Assembly (NCBI GenBank): GCA_964518475.1
Contig: CAZFGR010000035.1
Span: 1 to 14,023 of the forward strand
DNA length: 14,023 bases
DNA from: an uncultured Nitrososphaerota archaeon
Lineage (GTDB): Archaea > Asgardarchaeota > Njordarchaeia > Njordarchaeales > Njordarchaeaceae
Direction: 5' to 3'
The notes under the pieces were generated by a model that was given only the letters and a program-made list of their open reading frames with translations, was not told where the DNA came from and did no database searches. A program made the translations under genes and the position numbers. How positions within the stretch are numbered: the first letter of the stretch is position 1; each line of letters opens with the position of its first letter. Shown piece after piece: positions 1-6,880 of the stretch.

Positions 1-1
1 T

Positions 2-38
2 ATTTCAATTCCCTTTCTAGGGAGTCTATTTCTGGCTC
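2..38 (-). CRISPR. CRISPR repeat copy (37 nt), outward-facing, at window edge
   Basis: Minus strand reads GAGCCAGAAATAGACTCCCTAGAAAGGGAATTGAAAT, with a TCCCT/AGGGA stem and an ATTGAAA(N) 3' handle typical of Cas6-processed repeats. It is adjacent to a leader and cas genes. No spacer is visible because the window ends. The 5' boundary is inferred from the other copies. Confidence 0.85.
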
Positions 39-196
39 CGAGGCTCTCGTTGAGCCCCTTGTCCCTATGCTCGGATCCCGACAACATCGGCTTCGAACAT
101 CTATAATCTGAAAACTGGTATTTAAATATGTTCCCGATCATGCTTCACAGAGATGAAACACTGTCCCGTTTTCATGAGAAAAATATTAAAGATTTT
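39..196 (-). promoter_or_regulatory. CRISPR leader (copy 1)
   Basis: Non-coding, abuts the repeat 5' end, and is conserved in three copies in the window. TATA-like TATTTAAATA at 119-128; conserved ATGAAACACTGT and TGAGAAAAAYATTAAA blocks. Confidence 0.8.
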
Positions 197-315
197 CCAT
201 TGTTATGATGTTTGTTTTTCGTTTTGTTTGTACTTGGTTTCGTTTTTCTGCAGTTGTTTTGGTTAGGTTTTTATTTGTTTATTTTTCTTTGGTGTGTTTC
301 TTAGGGTGGTTGTGG

Positions 316-1272
316 ATGGTTTATTTTCTTAGTGGTGAGGAGCGTAGGTATATTTTTAGGGGTTTGCTTTCTCGTGCTAGGAGTGTTGGTGTTTCTTCTG
401 ATTGGAGGGGTTGGTCTTGGGATCGTCCTCCTTTGGCGTCTCCCTATGATGATGTTTTTCTTTCTCTTAGTGAGGTTGCTTCTAGGTATTGTTCTACTGG
501 TAGGGATATTTATCTTAGGCGTGTTGAGGGTGTTAAGTATTTTCCCAATAAGAGGATGGTTCGTGGTTTAGTTCTTCATAGGGTTGTTGAGGGAGTCATT
601 ACTTTTGGGAAACAGGTTCTCTATACTAATGGGGTTGTTTCTGGGAGTTTTATCTCGTCTGAGCTTGGTTCTCGAGCAAGTGAGGAGGTTGATAGGATTT
701 TTAAGGATTTTGGGGAGTTGTTTAAGAGGGCTGGTTATACGGAAGAGGATGTCGATGTTTTGAGGAGGAGAGCTATTAATCTTTGGTTGTATGAGACGAA
801 CCAAATTTCCGCTACTGTGGATTCCACTCTTTCTAGGCATCCTTATATCTCCCTAGACTCTCTGGTTAATCTCGCTATACCAGTTATTGTTGAGCAGCGC
901 TTGGATGGTCGGTTCCTGGGTTTTAGTGGTAATTTATCCGCGGATGCTCTGAGTTATGCTCCCGTTGTTCTTGATTTGAAGACTGGTGAGTTCCGCCCTT
1001 TTCAGAGGCTTACTACTACTGGTTACGCATTGGTTCTTGAGGCTCTCTATGAGGCACCGATTGATGTCGGTGTTCTCGTTAATCTGAACTTTGATGCTCG
1101 CGACTTCCCTATTATTCACAGGCGGGCCCATATTATTAGTGAGGCTTTGAGAATGGAGCTTATTGAGGAAAGGGATAAAAAGATGGAAATTGTTGCCGAG
1201 GAGATTGATCCAGGTATAGCACCTGATTGTCCCCATGATTGCCCGTTCTATAATACTTGTCACGGGGAGTGA
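316..1272 (+). CDS. csa1: CRISPR-associated Cas4-like protein Csa1 (I-A-type adaptation), ~318 aa
   Basis: N-terminal RGWSWDRPPL...LSEVASRYCSTGRDIYL signature, RecB-like ADA...DLKTG motif, C-terminal CPHDCPFYNTC cluster, directly upstream of cas1. Start moved to ATG316 (SD-like GGGTGGT); the 205-315 extension is low-complexity T/G sequence. Confidence 0.88.
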   Translation: MVYFLSGEERRYIFRGLLSRARSVGVSSDWRGWSWDRPPLASPYDDVFLSLSEVASRYCSTGRDIYLRRVEGVKYFPNKRMVRGLVLHRVVEGVITFGKQVLYTNGVVSGSFISSELGSRASEEVDRIFKDFGELFKRAGYTEEDVDVLRRRAINLWLYETNQISATVDSTLSRHPYISLDSLVNLAIPVIVEQRLDGRFLGFSGNLSADALSYAPVVLDLKTGEFRPFQRLTTTGYALVLEALYEAPIDVGVLVNLNFDARDFPIIHRRAHIISEALRMELIEERDKKMEIVAEEIDPGIAPDCPHDCPFYNTCHGE

Positions 1273-1273
1273 T

Positions 1274-2305
1274 GTGGGGCGATCCCTTTACATTACCAAG
1301 TACGGGGCTTTCATAGGTAAGTCTGGGAACAGGATAGTTGTGAAGTTAAATGATAGGAAAGAGGAGTACGTGCCTGATGATCTAGAAGATTTAATTATTG
1401 TTGGTCGTGGAAAATCAATATCAAGCGATGTTGTTAAGCTCTGCGTCGAGGCGAAAATCCCCATCTTTTTCACCACAATGGGTGAGTATCCGTACGCTAC
1501 CGTGATGCCCATGACTATTTCTGGGACTGTGAAGAGGAGGCGGGCTCAGTACGAGGCCTATATTTCCCCGCTAGGTATCGAGATTGCTAAGAAGTTCTTG
1601 GTTGGAAAACTATATAATCAGATGAATCTTCTACGTCTATGGGCTAAGTCGAGGATGAGAAGTGATAAAGTTGGTGCTGCGATGATTAAGAAGGCGGCTA
1701 ATACGATTAAGGATCTCCTAGATTCCTTGAAAAGCATCGCTGGTGAGAGAATGACTGGTGAGATTAGGGAGAAATTGATGAGTCTTGAGGCTAGGGCAGC
1801 GGATATTTACTGGATATGGTTTGGTCGAATACTTGGTGATGTTGCTTTCTTTCCGGGAAGAGTGAAGAGAGGCGCTATGGATCCTGTAAACTCTTTATTG
1901 AATCTTGGGTACGCGATACTGTTTAGGAGAGTTTTCAAAGCCGTGCTTATCAATGGTCTAGACCCATACGCTGGTTTTCTACACGCTGATAGGTCTGGCA
2001 GAGCTTCTCTTGTTCTCGATTTGATGGAGGAGTTTAGACAACAAGTAGTGGACCGAGTCGTGCTCAGGCTCTTCACGAAAAAGATGATTAGGTACGATGA
2101 GTGCGTGAATGATGAGGGTAGGTTAAGGGATAACGTCGTAGCAACAGCGATTAAGGAGTTCGAGAATAGGTTATCCGAGGAGGTAACAACGATCTATGGC
2201 GAGAAGAGGAGTATTATTAAGCATATAAATAACCAAGCAAGAAGCCTAGCCCGTTTCTTGATAGGAGATATCCCCGAGTACAGGCCTTTCGTTCTTTCCT
2301 GGTGA
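1274..2305 (+). CDS. cas1: CRISPR-associated integrase Cas1, ~343 aa
   Basis: Motifs EARAADIYW, DPVNSLLNLGY, GLDPYAGFLH and SLVLDLMEEFRQQVVD. Start placed at GTG1274 after SD-like GGGGAGTGA. Confidence 0.97.
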   Translation: MGRSLYITKYGAFIGKSGNRIVVKLNDRKEEYVPDDLEDLIIVGRGKSISSDVVKLCVEAKIPIFFTTMGEYPYATVMPMTISGTVKRRRAQYEAYISPLGIEIAKKFLVGKLYNQMNLLRLWAKSRMRSDKVGAAMIKKAANTIKDLLDSLKSIAGERMTGEIREKLMSLEARAADIYWIWFGRILGDVAFFPGRVKRGAMDPVNSLLNLGYAILFRRVFKAVLINGLDPYAGFLHADRSGRASLVLDLMEEFRQQVVDRVVLRLFTKKMIRYDECVNDEGRLRDNVVATAIKEFENRLSEEVTTIYGEKRSIIKHINNQARSLARFLIGDIPEYRPFVLSW

Positions 2306-2312
2306 GTATATA

Positions 2313-2645
2313 ATGATACTATTCCTCATAATATATGATATAACTAATGACAAGTTGAGGACTAGAATAGCGAATACGTTAAAGGATTATGGGCTGGAGA
2401 GAATACAGTACAGCGCCTTCATCGGTGAATTGAAGAGGTACCAACTTAATTCCTTGGTGACAGATATTAAGAAGCTCCTAAAAGAGATACCCATGGAAGA
2501 AGACGAGAGAGTCAGGAATGTTCAGATATATCCAATACCAGAGATTAGTCGCAGAGGCAGGATCGAGATAAGTTTTAAGGACGGGAAACTAAAAGAGTAT
2601 AGAGGAGACTCCACTCAGGAAAAGGAAAGAGTCGAGATACTGTAA
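2313..2645 (+). CDS. cas2: CRISPR-associated Cas2, 110 aa
   Basis: LIIYDI...LKDYGLERIQYSAF signature; follows cas1. Confidence 0.96.
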   Translation: MILFLIIYDITNDKLRTRIANTLKDYGLERIQYSAFIGELKRYQLNSLVTDIKKLLKEIPMEEDERVRNVQIYPIPEISRRGRIEISFKDGKLKEYRGDSTQEKERVEIL

Positions 2646-2658
2646 GAGGCGATGAAGC

Positions 2659-3498
2659 ATGTTCCTAGTATACACAATCAACGCTATCGCCGAAGACAAA
2701 GCCACGCTAGAATTCACCGGCCCATTTGTTAGGGGCTACTTTCTCAGCCTCGTTAAAAGAATTAGCCCTGAAAAAGCTGAACAGCTACATAATCCCAGTC
2801 CAGTAGCTCCCTACTCAATCAAACCAGTCTCTAAAAAAGTGATTATCAAGGGTAGGGTAAGGCATGTTTATGGGGATAGGATAGAGCTTAACCAAGGAGA
2901 CGAGGTCTCGTTCGGTTTCGCGTTGCTGGGTAGGGAAATGGTCAATGATCTAGGGATAGAGCTTCTCAACAAGATCTTCGAGGACTCTAGAATAAAAATA
3001 GGTAACGCAACCCTTGTCCTGAAGGAAGTAAATATCAACAGGGTAGAGAGGATCCAGACCCAGGAAAGCGAGAGAATCCTCATCCACTTCCTCACACCAA
3101 CATTCTTTAGGAAAAAAGGAAGTGCTTACAGAGACCTCTTCCCAGCGCCAAGGAACGTGTTAACATCCGTTGCTAGGATCTGGAAACTATTAATAGGAGA
3201 AGAAATAGATCTCGAAGAAATTAGAGAGATCGCTGAAAACGAGATCGGCGTACTAATGTATAAGTTGAGAACCTCCAGAACAATAGATCTAGGAAAAAAC
3301 AGGAAAGCAATCGGTTTCATAGGTAAATGCGTCTACGAGACCAGAGACCCGAAGGCAAGGAACTTGATGAATAGGTTCCTAGCTATTGGAGAAGTAACGA
3401 ATGTGGGTGGGAGCAGATCCCTTGGATTCGGTGTAATAAAGTGCACCCCGATTACGAAAGAGAAGTTGGAGAAGATTATGTCACAGGAACAGACATAA
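2659..3498 (+). CDS. cas6: CRISPR RNA-processing endoribonuclease Cas6, 279 aa
   Basis: LH...PYSI, FLTPTFFR, GFIGKCVY and the C-terminal Gly-rich loop VGGSRSLGFG. Confidence 0.93.
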   Translation: MFLVYTINAIAEDKATLEFTGPFVRGYFLSLVKRISPEKAEQLHNPSPVAPYSIKPVSKKVIIKGRVRHVYGDRIELNQGDEVSFGFALLGREMVNDLGIELLNKIFEDSRIKIGNATLVLKEVNINRVERIQTQESERILIHFLTPTFFRKKGSAYRDLFPAPRNVLTSVARIWKLLIGEEIDLEEIREIAENEIGVLMYKLRTSRTIDLGKNRKAIGFIGKCVYETRDPKARNLMNRFLAIGEVTNVGGSRSLGFGVIKCTPITKEKLEKIMSQEQT

Positions 3499-4064
3499 AG
3501 AACTGGATATACTGCCCCCTCATAGTGTATTACAGGAAAATAATGAAAGCGCCAATAGCGGTAAAGTCACAGCAAAAAGAAGGAAAAACAGTTCACGAAG
3601 AAGAACTAAAAAGAATAATCAGAAGAGTAGGGCTCGCAGCAAGAAAGAAAAAACTAGACATAATAGAGAAAATAATTAAGAAAAGAATACTCATAGAAGA
3701 GGAATCCCTCTACGGAGAAATAGACTTAGTAATAAAGACGAGAAGCAAAGAGATAATACCAGTAGAACTCAAGAATACGCAGAGCAATAAAGGAAAGCCC
3801 TGGCCAGACCACAGATACCAGCTAGCATACTACGCAATCCTACTAGAAAAAGAAACGGGAAAAATAATCAAGAGAGGATGCATATACTACATACCAGAAA
3901 ACAGGCTAGTAGAAATAATAATCACAAATCACGAGAAGAACTATGTCAGGAAAATAATAGAAAAAATCAAAGAAATGATGAAAACAGAGAAACCACCAAA
4001 ACAAAGAATACACCCAAGAAAATGCACAGGAGGATGCGGATACAAATGGATCTGCAAACCATAA
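3441..4064 (+). CDS. cas4: CRISPR-associated exonuclease Cas4, ~207 aa
   Basis: YCP plus C-terminal KCTGGCGYKWIC Fe-S cysteines; GEIDLV, VELK and QLAYY motifs. The GTG start overlaps cas6, so the exact start is uncertain. Confidence 0.93.
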   Translation: MHPDYEREVGEDYVTGTDIKNWIYCPLIVYYRKIMKAPIAVKSQQKEGKTVHEEELKRIIRRVGLAARKKKLDIIEKIIKKRILIEEESLYGEIDLVIKTRSKEIIPVELKNTQSNKGKPWPDHRYQLAYYAILLEKETGKIIKRGCIYYIPENRLVEIIITNHEKNYVRKIIEKIKEMMKTEKPPKQRIHPRKCTGGCGYKWICKP

Positions 4065-4114
4065 AGATTAGTAAATAACTATCCAGCACCTCCACCCAAA
4101 GAACCCGCATCAAG

Positions 4115-4630
4115 TCAGATACTCTTCTCAACTAAGTCCCAGAAATCACTCCTTCTCAACTCAAACACGAATATATCTAGGTAAGGAATCCTATACCTCC
4201 TCCTATAGTTCAGCAACTCCCTAATATCTATCTCTAAGCACTGATTCGAGATAACCTCTAGAAAATGATAACCCCGCCTCGACAACTCCTTATCCGCGTA
4301 TGAATCCCTATAAGAAAAACCCTTCTCGATAAAAAACCTCGCCAACAAAGCAGTGTGTCTCTTAGCAGTATAGGAAGGATACGGTGGAAAAATCGCCACA
4401 GACGTGTAGCATATCTTATTCCCATCCTTATCAACTTCCTCCGAACCATAGTTAATATAGACATATATCTTCTGAGGCTCCACCAAAATAGTGTGTAGAA
4501 GATCTATCAGTGAAGATAATAGAGATATAAGAAGAGGAGAAAACTTTTCCCTCACCTCATCTCCCTCTTCTAGATACTCAGCAAGAAACCTTGCCACACT
4601 CTCTAAGAAGAAAGGAAAAGACCCACCCAT
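4115..4630 (-). CDS. Hypothetical protein, 171 aa (cassette C)
   Basis: Open ORF with ATG and SD-like GGTGG. Starts 75 nt after a degenerate CRISPR repeat and resembles the neighbouring pseudogene. Confidence 0.75.
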   Translation of the reverse strand: MGGSFPFFLESVARFLAEYLEEGDEVREKFSPLLISLLSSLIDLLHTILVEPQKIYVYINYGSEEVDKDGNKICYTSVAIFPPYPSYTAKRHTALLARFFIEKGFSYRDSYADKELSRRGYHFLEVISNQCLEIDIRELLNYRRRYRIPYLDIFVFELRRSDFWDLVEKSI

Positions 4631-4705
4631 ACAACCACCAGAACAAAAATAAGATAAAAATCACAGATAAAGCTTAATAACAACTACTACCACCCGATAA
4701 TTCCG

Positions 4706-4742
4706 TCATTAATTCCCTCATCTAAAAGCCTATCATTAGCTC
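4706..4742 (-). CRISPR. Highly degenerate CRISPR repeat (R3)
   Basis: Plus strand TCATTAATTCCCTCATCTAAAAGCCTATCATTAGCTC aligns without gaps to consensus CTTTCAATTCCCTTATCTGGGAGTCTATTTCTGGCTC at 24/37. The stem is disrupted. Confidence 0.6.
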
Positions 4743-4772
4743 AAAGACTTCTAGGAAAAAATAGAAGGAAAT

Positions 4773-5282
4773 TTACATAACGTAGTTCTCGTAGACATAC
4801 TCAGTAAACTCCTCAGGTGGCGTTCTGAATCTTAACACCCTTATGAACGGAAGCTGTCTCCTCTTCCTAAACCTTATGGGTCCATCATATTTATCACCAA
4901 GGGAGCCGTAGTAATTGCATGAAATATATGAACCCCTAAGGGTTCCGCAAGAGTCCATGCATGGATACCCCGTAATCCAGTTAATACTTCTCCCTAAGAT
5001 AGTCCGCAAACTTCGAAGCATACATTACCGCTCTCCTACTATCTCTCAAATACCTAGGTGGCGCCCCGACTATGTAATTATCAAACTTTTTTCTCCACCA
5101 GACTCATCGAAGAAAACACACCTATTAATTGAGATATGAACCTCATTAACATAATCTCAGAACACCATGAGAATTATCGGCACGAACACAAAAAGTATCG
5201 AGAAAATTCTATACAATACTTCCCTATCTCTCTCTGTCAACTTCCTAATTGCATTAAGAATCTCCCTCACATATGTGTTCAT
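4773..5282 (-). pseudogene. Decayed ~170-codon gene (cassette B), probable distant paralogue of 4115..4630
   Basis: ATG5282 with SD AGGTGA is in frame with the stop at 4773. It has an internal TGA at 5157-5159 and two inferred compensating frameshifts (A6 tract 5087-5092 and ~4983). The listed 82-aa ORF overlaps its 3' end. Confidence 0.65.
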
Positions 5283-5337
5283 GAGTTCCTTCACCTTGAC
5301 TATATCAGTTTAAAAGAAGAAGCCTATACCAGAGGAA

Positions 5338-5374
5338 CTTTCAATTCCCTTATCTGGGAGTCTATTTCTAATTC
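5338..5374 (-). CRISPR. Near-intact CRISPR repeat (R2) between two gene cassettes
   Basis: Minus strand GAATTAGAAATAGACTCCCAGATAAGGGAATTGAAAG; 33/37 identical to the right terminal repeat, with stem and ATTGAAAG handle intact. Confidence 0.9.
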
Positions 5375-5442
5375 TCAAGCGTGTTTCACTAATTTTTATG
5401 CACTTAGATAATAGCCTATACTCATAAGGAAAAGATGTGTGC

Positions 5443-5458
5443 CAAAAAGGAGAAAAGA
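5443..5458 (-). terminator. Candidate oligo-T archaeal terminator after cassette A
   Basis: Pyrimidine/T-tract immediately after the stop (minus strand). A similar T6 tract follows cassette B at ~4756-4761. Confidence 0.35.
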
Positions 5459-5459
5459 G

Positions 5460-5897
5460 TTATCTCTGAAGTAGCTTATTAATTTCCGCAACAAGAAGCT
5501 CTATCTCATCCTTAGAAAGTATCTTTAGTTGTACCTTATATTGAATGTAGATAATATCTTCTAGGTTGTCATAGATATCGATCAAATACCATTCATTACC
5601 AATTACCTTCCAAAGCCTATAGAACCTCTTTTTCTTGCTTTTATCATAACAGAAATCTAGCTTGAATGGGCCAAATCTATGCTCCCTCTCCACATAATCA
5701 TCCCTAGCAACATAGTACTGAATTATCTCTGGAGTTGGTGCTATTAGATCATCATAAGACTCCTGACCATGGTAGCAATACCTGATAGTGTCTCCTACCC
5801 TAATACCCTTCAAGCACATATTGACAGCTTCAAGTACTAGTTTTATTTCCTCTTCCTCCGCACCACTAACATATTTATTATCTTGGTCAAGAGACAT
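5460..5897 (-). CDS. Hypothetical protein, 145 aa (cassette A), enclosed between two CRISPR repeats
   Basis: Intact ORF with ATG and SD GGAGAG; starts ~27 nt after repeat R1. No family recognised. Confidence 0.78.
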   Translation of the reverse strand: MSLDQDNKYVSGAEEEEIKLVLEAVNMCLKGIRVGDTIRYCYHGQESYDDLIAPTPEIIQYYVARDDYVEREHRFGPFKLDFCYDKSKKKRFYRLWKVIGNEWYLIDIYDNLEDIIYIQYKVQLKILSKDEIELLVAEINKLLQR

Positions 5898-5924
5898 GTG
5901 CTAACTCTCCATAAGTAGTCTTAT

Positions 5925-5963
5925 ATTTCCAAATTCCCTTATCTGGGAGTATAATTCTGACCG
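5925..5963 (-). CRISPR. Leader-proximal degenerate CRISPR repeat (R1)
   Basis: 19-nt core AATTCCCTTATCTGGGAGT (5932-5950) is identical to R2. Both flanks are diverged, and the handle is altered (…GGGAATTTGGAAAT). Confidence 0.82.
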
Positions 5964-6118
5964 TTCATACGCTTCTTGCTCCTTGTTCCAGTACTTAACT
6001 CTCCATGGCATCGATCTCAATATCTGTAACTAGGGAATCGCTATTTAAATATATTTCCAAACGAGTCTCGTTAGAATGAAACACTGTTTCACTCTAGTGA
6101 GAAAAACATTAAAAGTTT
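5964..6118 (-). promoter_or_regulatory. Diverged CRISPR leader (internal third copy)
   Basis: Collinear with the terminal leaders. TATTTAAATA at 6042-6051 lies ~78 nt from the repeat (80 nt in the terminal copies). CCAAACGAGTCTCG, ATGAAACACTGT and TGAGAAAAACATTAAA blocks are conserved. Confidence 0.85.
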
Positions 6119-6490
6119 CTTAAAGATAGACTACTTGTTTCTCGCATTAATTGTACCTTATCTCATTTTCATGAAAAACAAAGTAAGAAAATGGTTTGTC
6201 AAAATTTTTACTCGAAGTGGGATTGTTGTTTCCTCATACGCCATAATAATCATCTCTTGATGTAATACATTATCACAAATAGCTATTTCTCCGATACAAT
6301 TGGTGAAGAAGTGGCTAGAATAATTATTAAGTTGAGTACTATAATGAGGAGACAAAATGACTTCCAGACAAGGAAGTAGGTGCGAAGAATAATTCCATTG
6401 AGGATTATTTCTCAGATGGCTAATCGTGTAAGACATAAGGTTCTTTTGGATAGCTGATATCTTAGTTAATCTTTTTTGAAAATATAAGGC

Positions 6491-6513
6491 GATTCTCGTT
6501 AGGGAATTGGAGA
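6491..6513 (+). repeat. Possible pseudo-repeat (3' half of the CRISPR repeat)
   Basis: GATTCTCGTTAGGGAATTGGAGA shares AGGGAATTG with the repeat and can form an ATTCTC/GGGAAT stem. Confidence 0.3.
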
Positions 6514-6799
6514 TATTTTAGTTTTACTGGTATATTAGAGAACTCCCGATGCTATTTCATAGGAGATAATATTTGTGATGCTTCAATGATTAAAACTACT
6601 TGTATGTTTCGCAAAAATGATAATGCGTATCATTTTTATGAAATGCGCTTTGAATTGTGACGCTTAATTATGTTTTTTCTGTATTATTGTATTTCCTTAG
6701 CATTCTTAGATGGTTTTTAATATGCATTTTTATGAAGTATTTGATTATATGTATTTTCTTATTTTTCATTAGAAAAGTACTGCGTTTCATTTCAGTGAA

Positions 6800-6880
6800 A
6801 ATGTATTTAGTAATGTTTAAAAATATCTGTTTCTTGCTAAAAAAAGATAGACTTAATTGCTGAGATGCAAGTTGTCTTCT
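6800..6880 (+). promoter_or_regulatory. Probable promoter region of the I-D operon
   Basis: AT-rich intergenic DNA with TATA-like TTTAAAAA at 6816-6823 upstream of cas10d. Positional inference only. Confidence 0.4.

Larger units (their letters stand above)
1..196. repeat. Left arm of a ~196-bp inverted repeat bounding the window (CRISPR repeat + leader)
   Basis: Gap-free reverse-complement match to 13828..14023. 18 mismatches in 196 by hand count, only 1 within positions 20-115. Confidence 0.95.

Noticed and set aside
205-315. Hydrophobic N-terminal extension of Csa1 (apparent membrane anchor)
   Set aside because: Artefact of T/G-rich low-complexity DNA that lacks stops. The Csa1-like sequence begins at ATG316, which has an SD.
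332-571. 79-aa hydrophobic ORF inside csa1
   Set aside because: Alternate-frame product of the T-rich codon bias; fully overlaps a well-supported gene.
568-3320. Several minus-strand ORFs antisense to csa1, cas1 and cas6
   Set aside because: Shadow ORFs with no motifs, opposite confident cas genes.
4065-4114. A fourth repeat closing cassette C
   Set aside because: No similarity to the repeat found between the converging stops of cas4 and cassette C.
4915-5411. Plus-strand ORFs 4915..5139 and 5136..5411
   Set aside because: Antisense to pseudogene B; the second reads through repeat R2; no recognisable features.
5321-5431. AGCCTATAC...AGGAA on both sides of R2 (possible self-targeting guide or target duplication)
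   Set aside because: Only 9 contiguous bases, gaps are needed to extend the match, and there is no GTN PAM; compatible with chance.
6158-6436. 92-aa minus-strand ORF, or a possible plus-strand gene remnant such as a lost regulator
   Set aside because: No motif or convincing SD, and the plus-strand frames are broken by stops. I cannot support a call without a homology search.
6122-6853. AAAGATAGACT repeated at 6122 and 6843
   Set aside because: An 11-mer repeat in AT-rich 14 kb is expected by chance.
6657-6863. 68-aa hydrophobic ORF upstream of cas10d
   Set aside because: T-rich promoter-region sequence; composition artefact.
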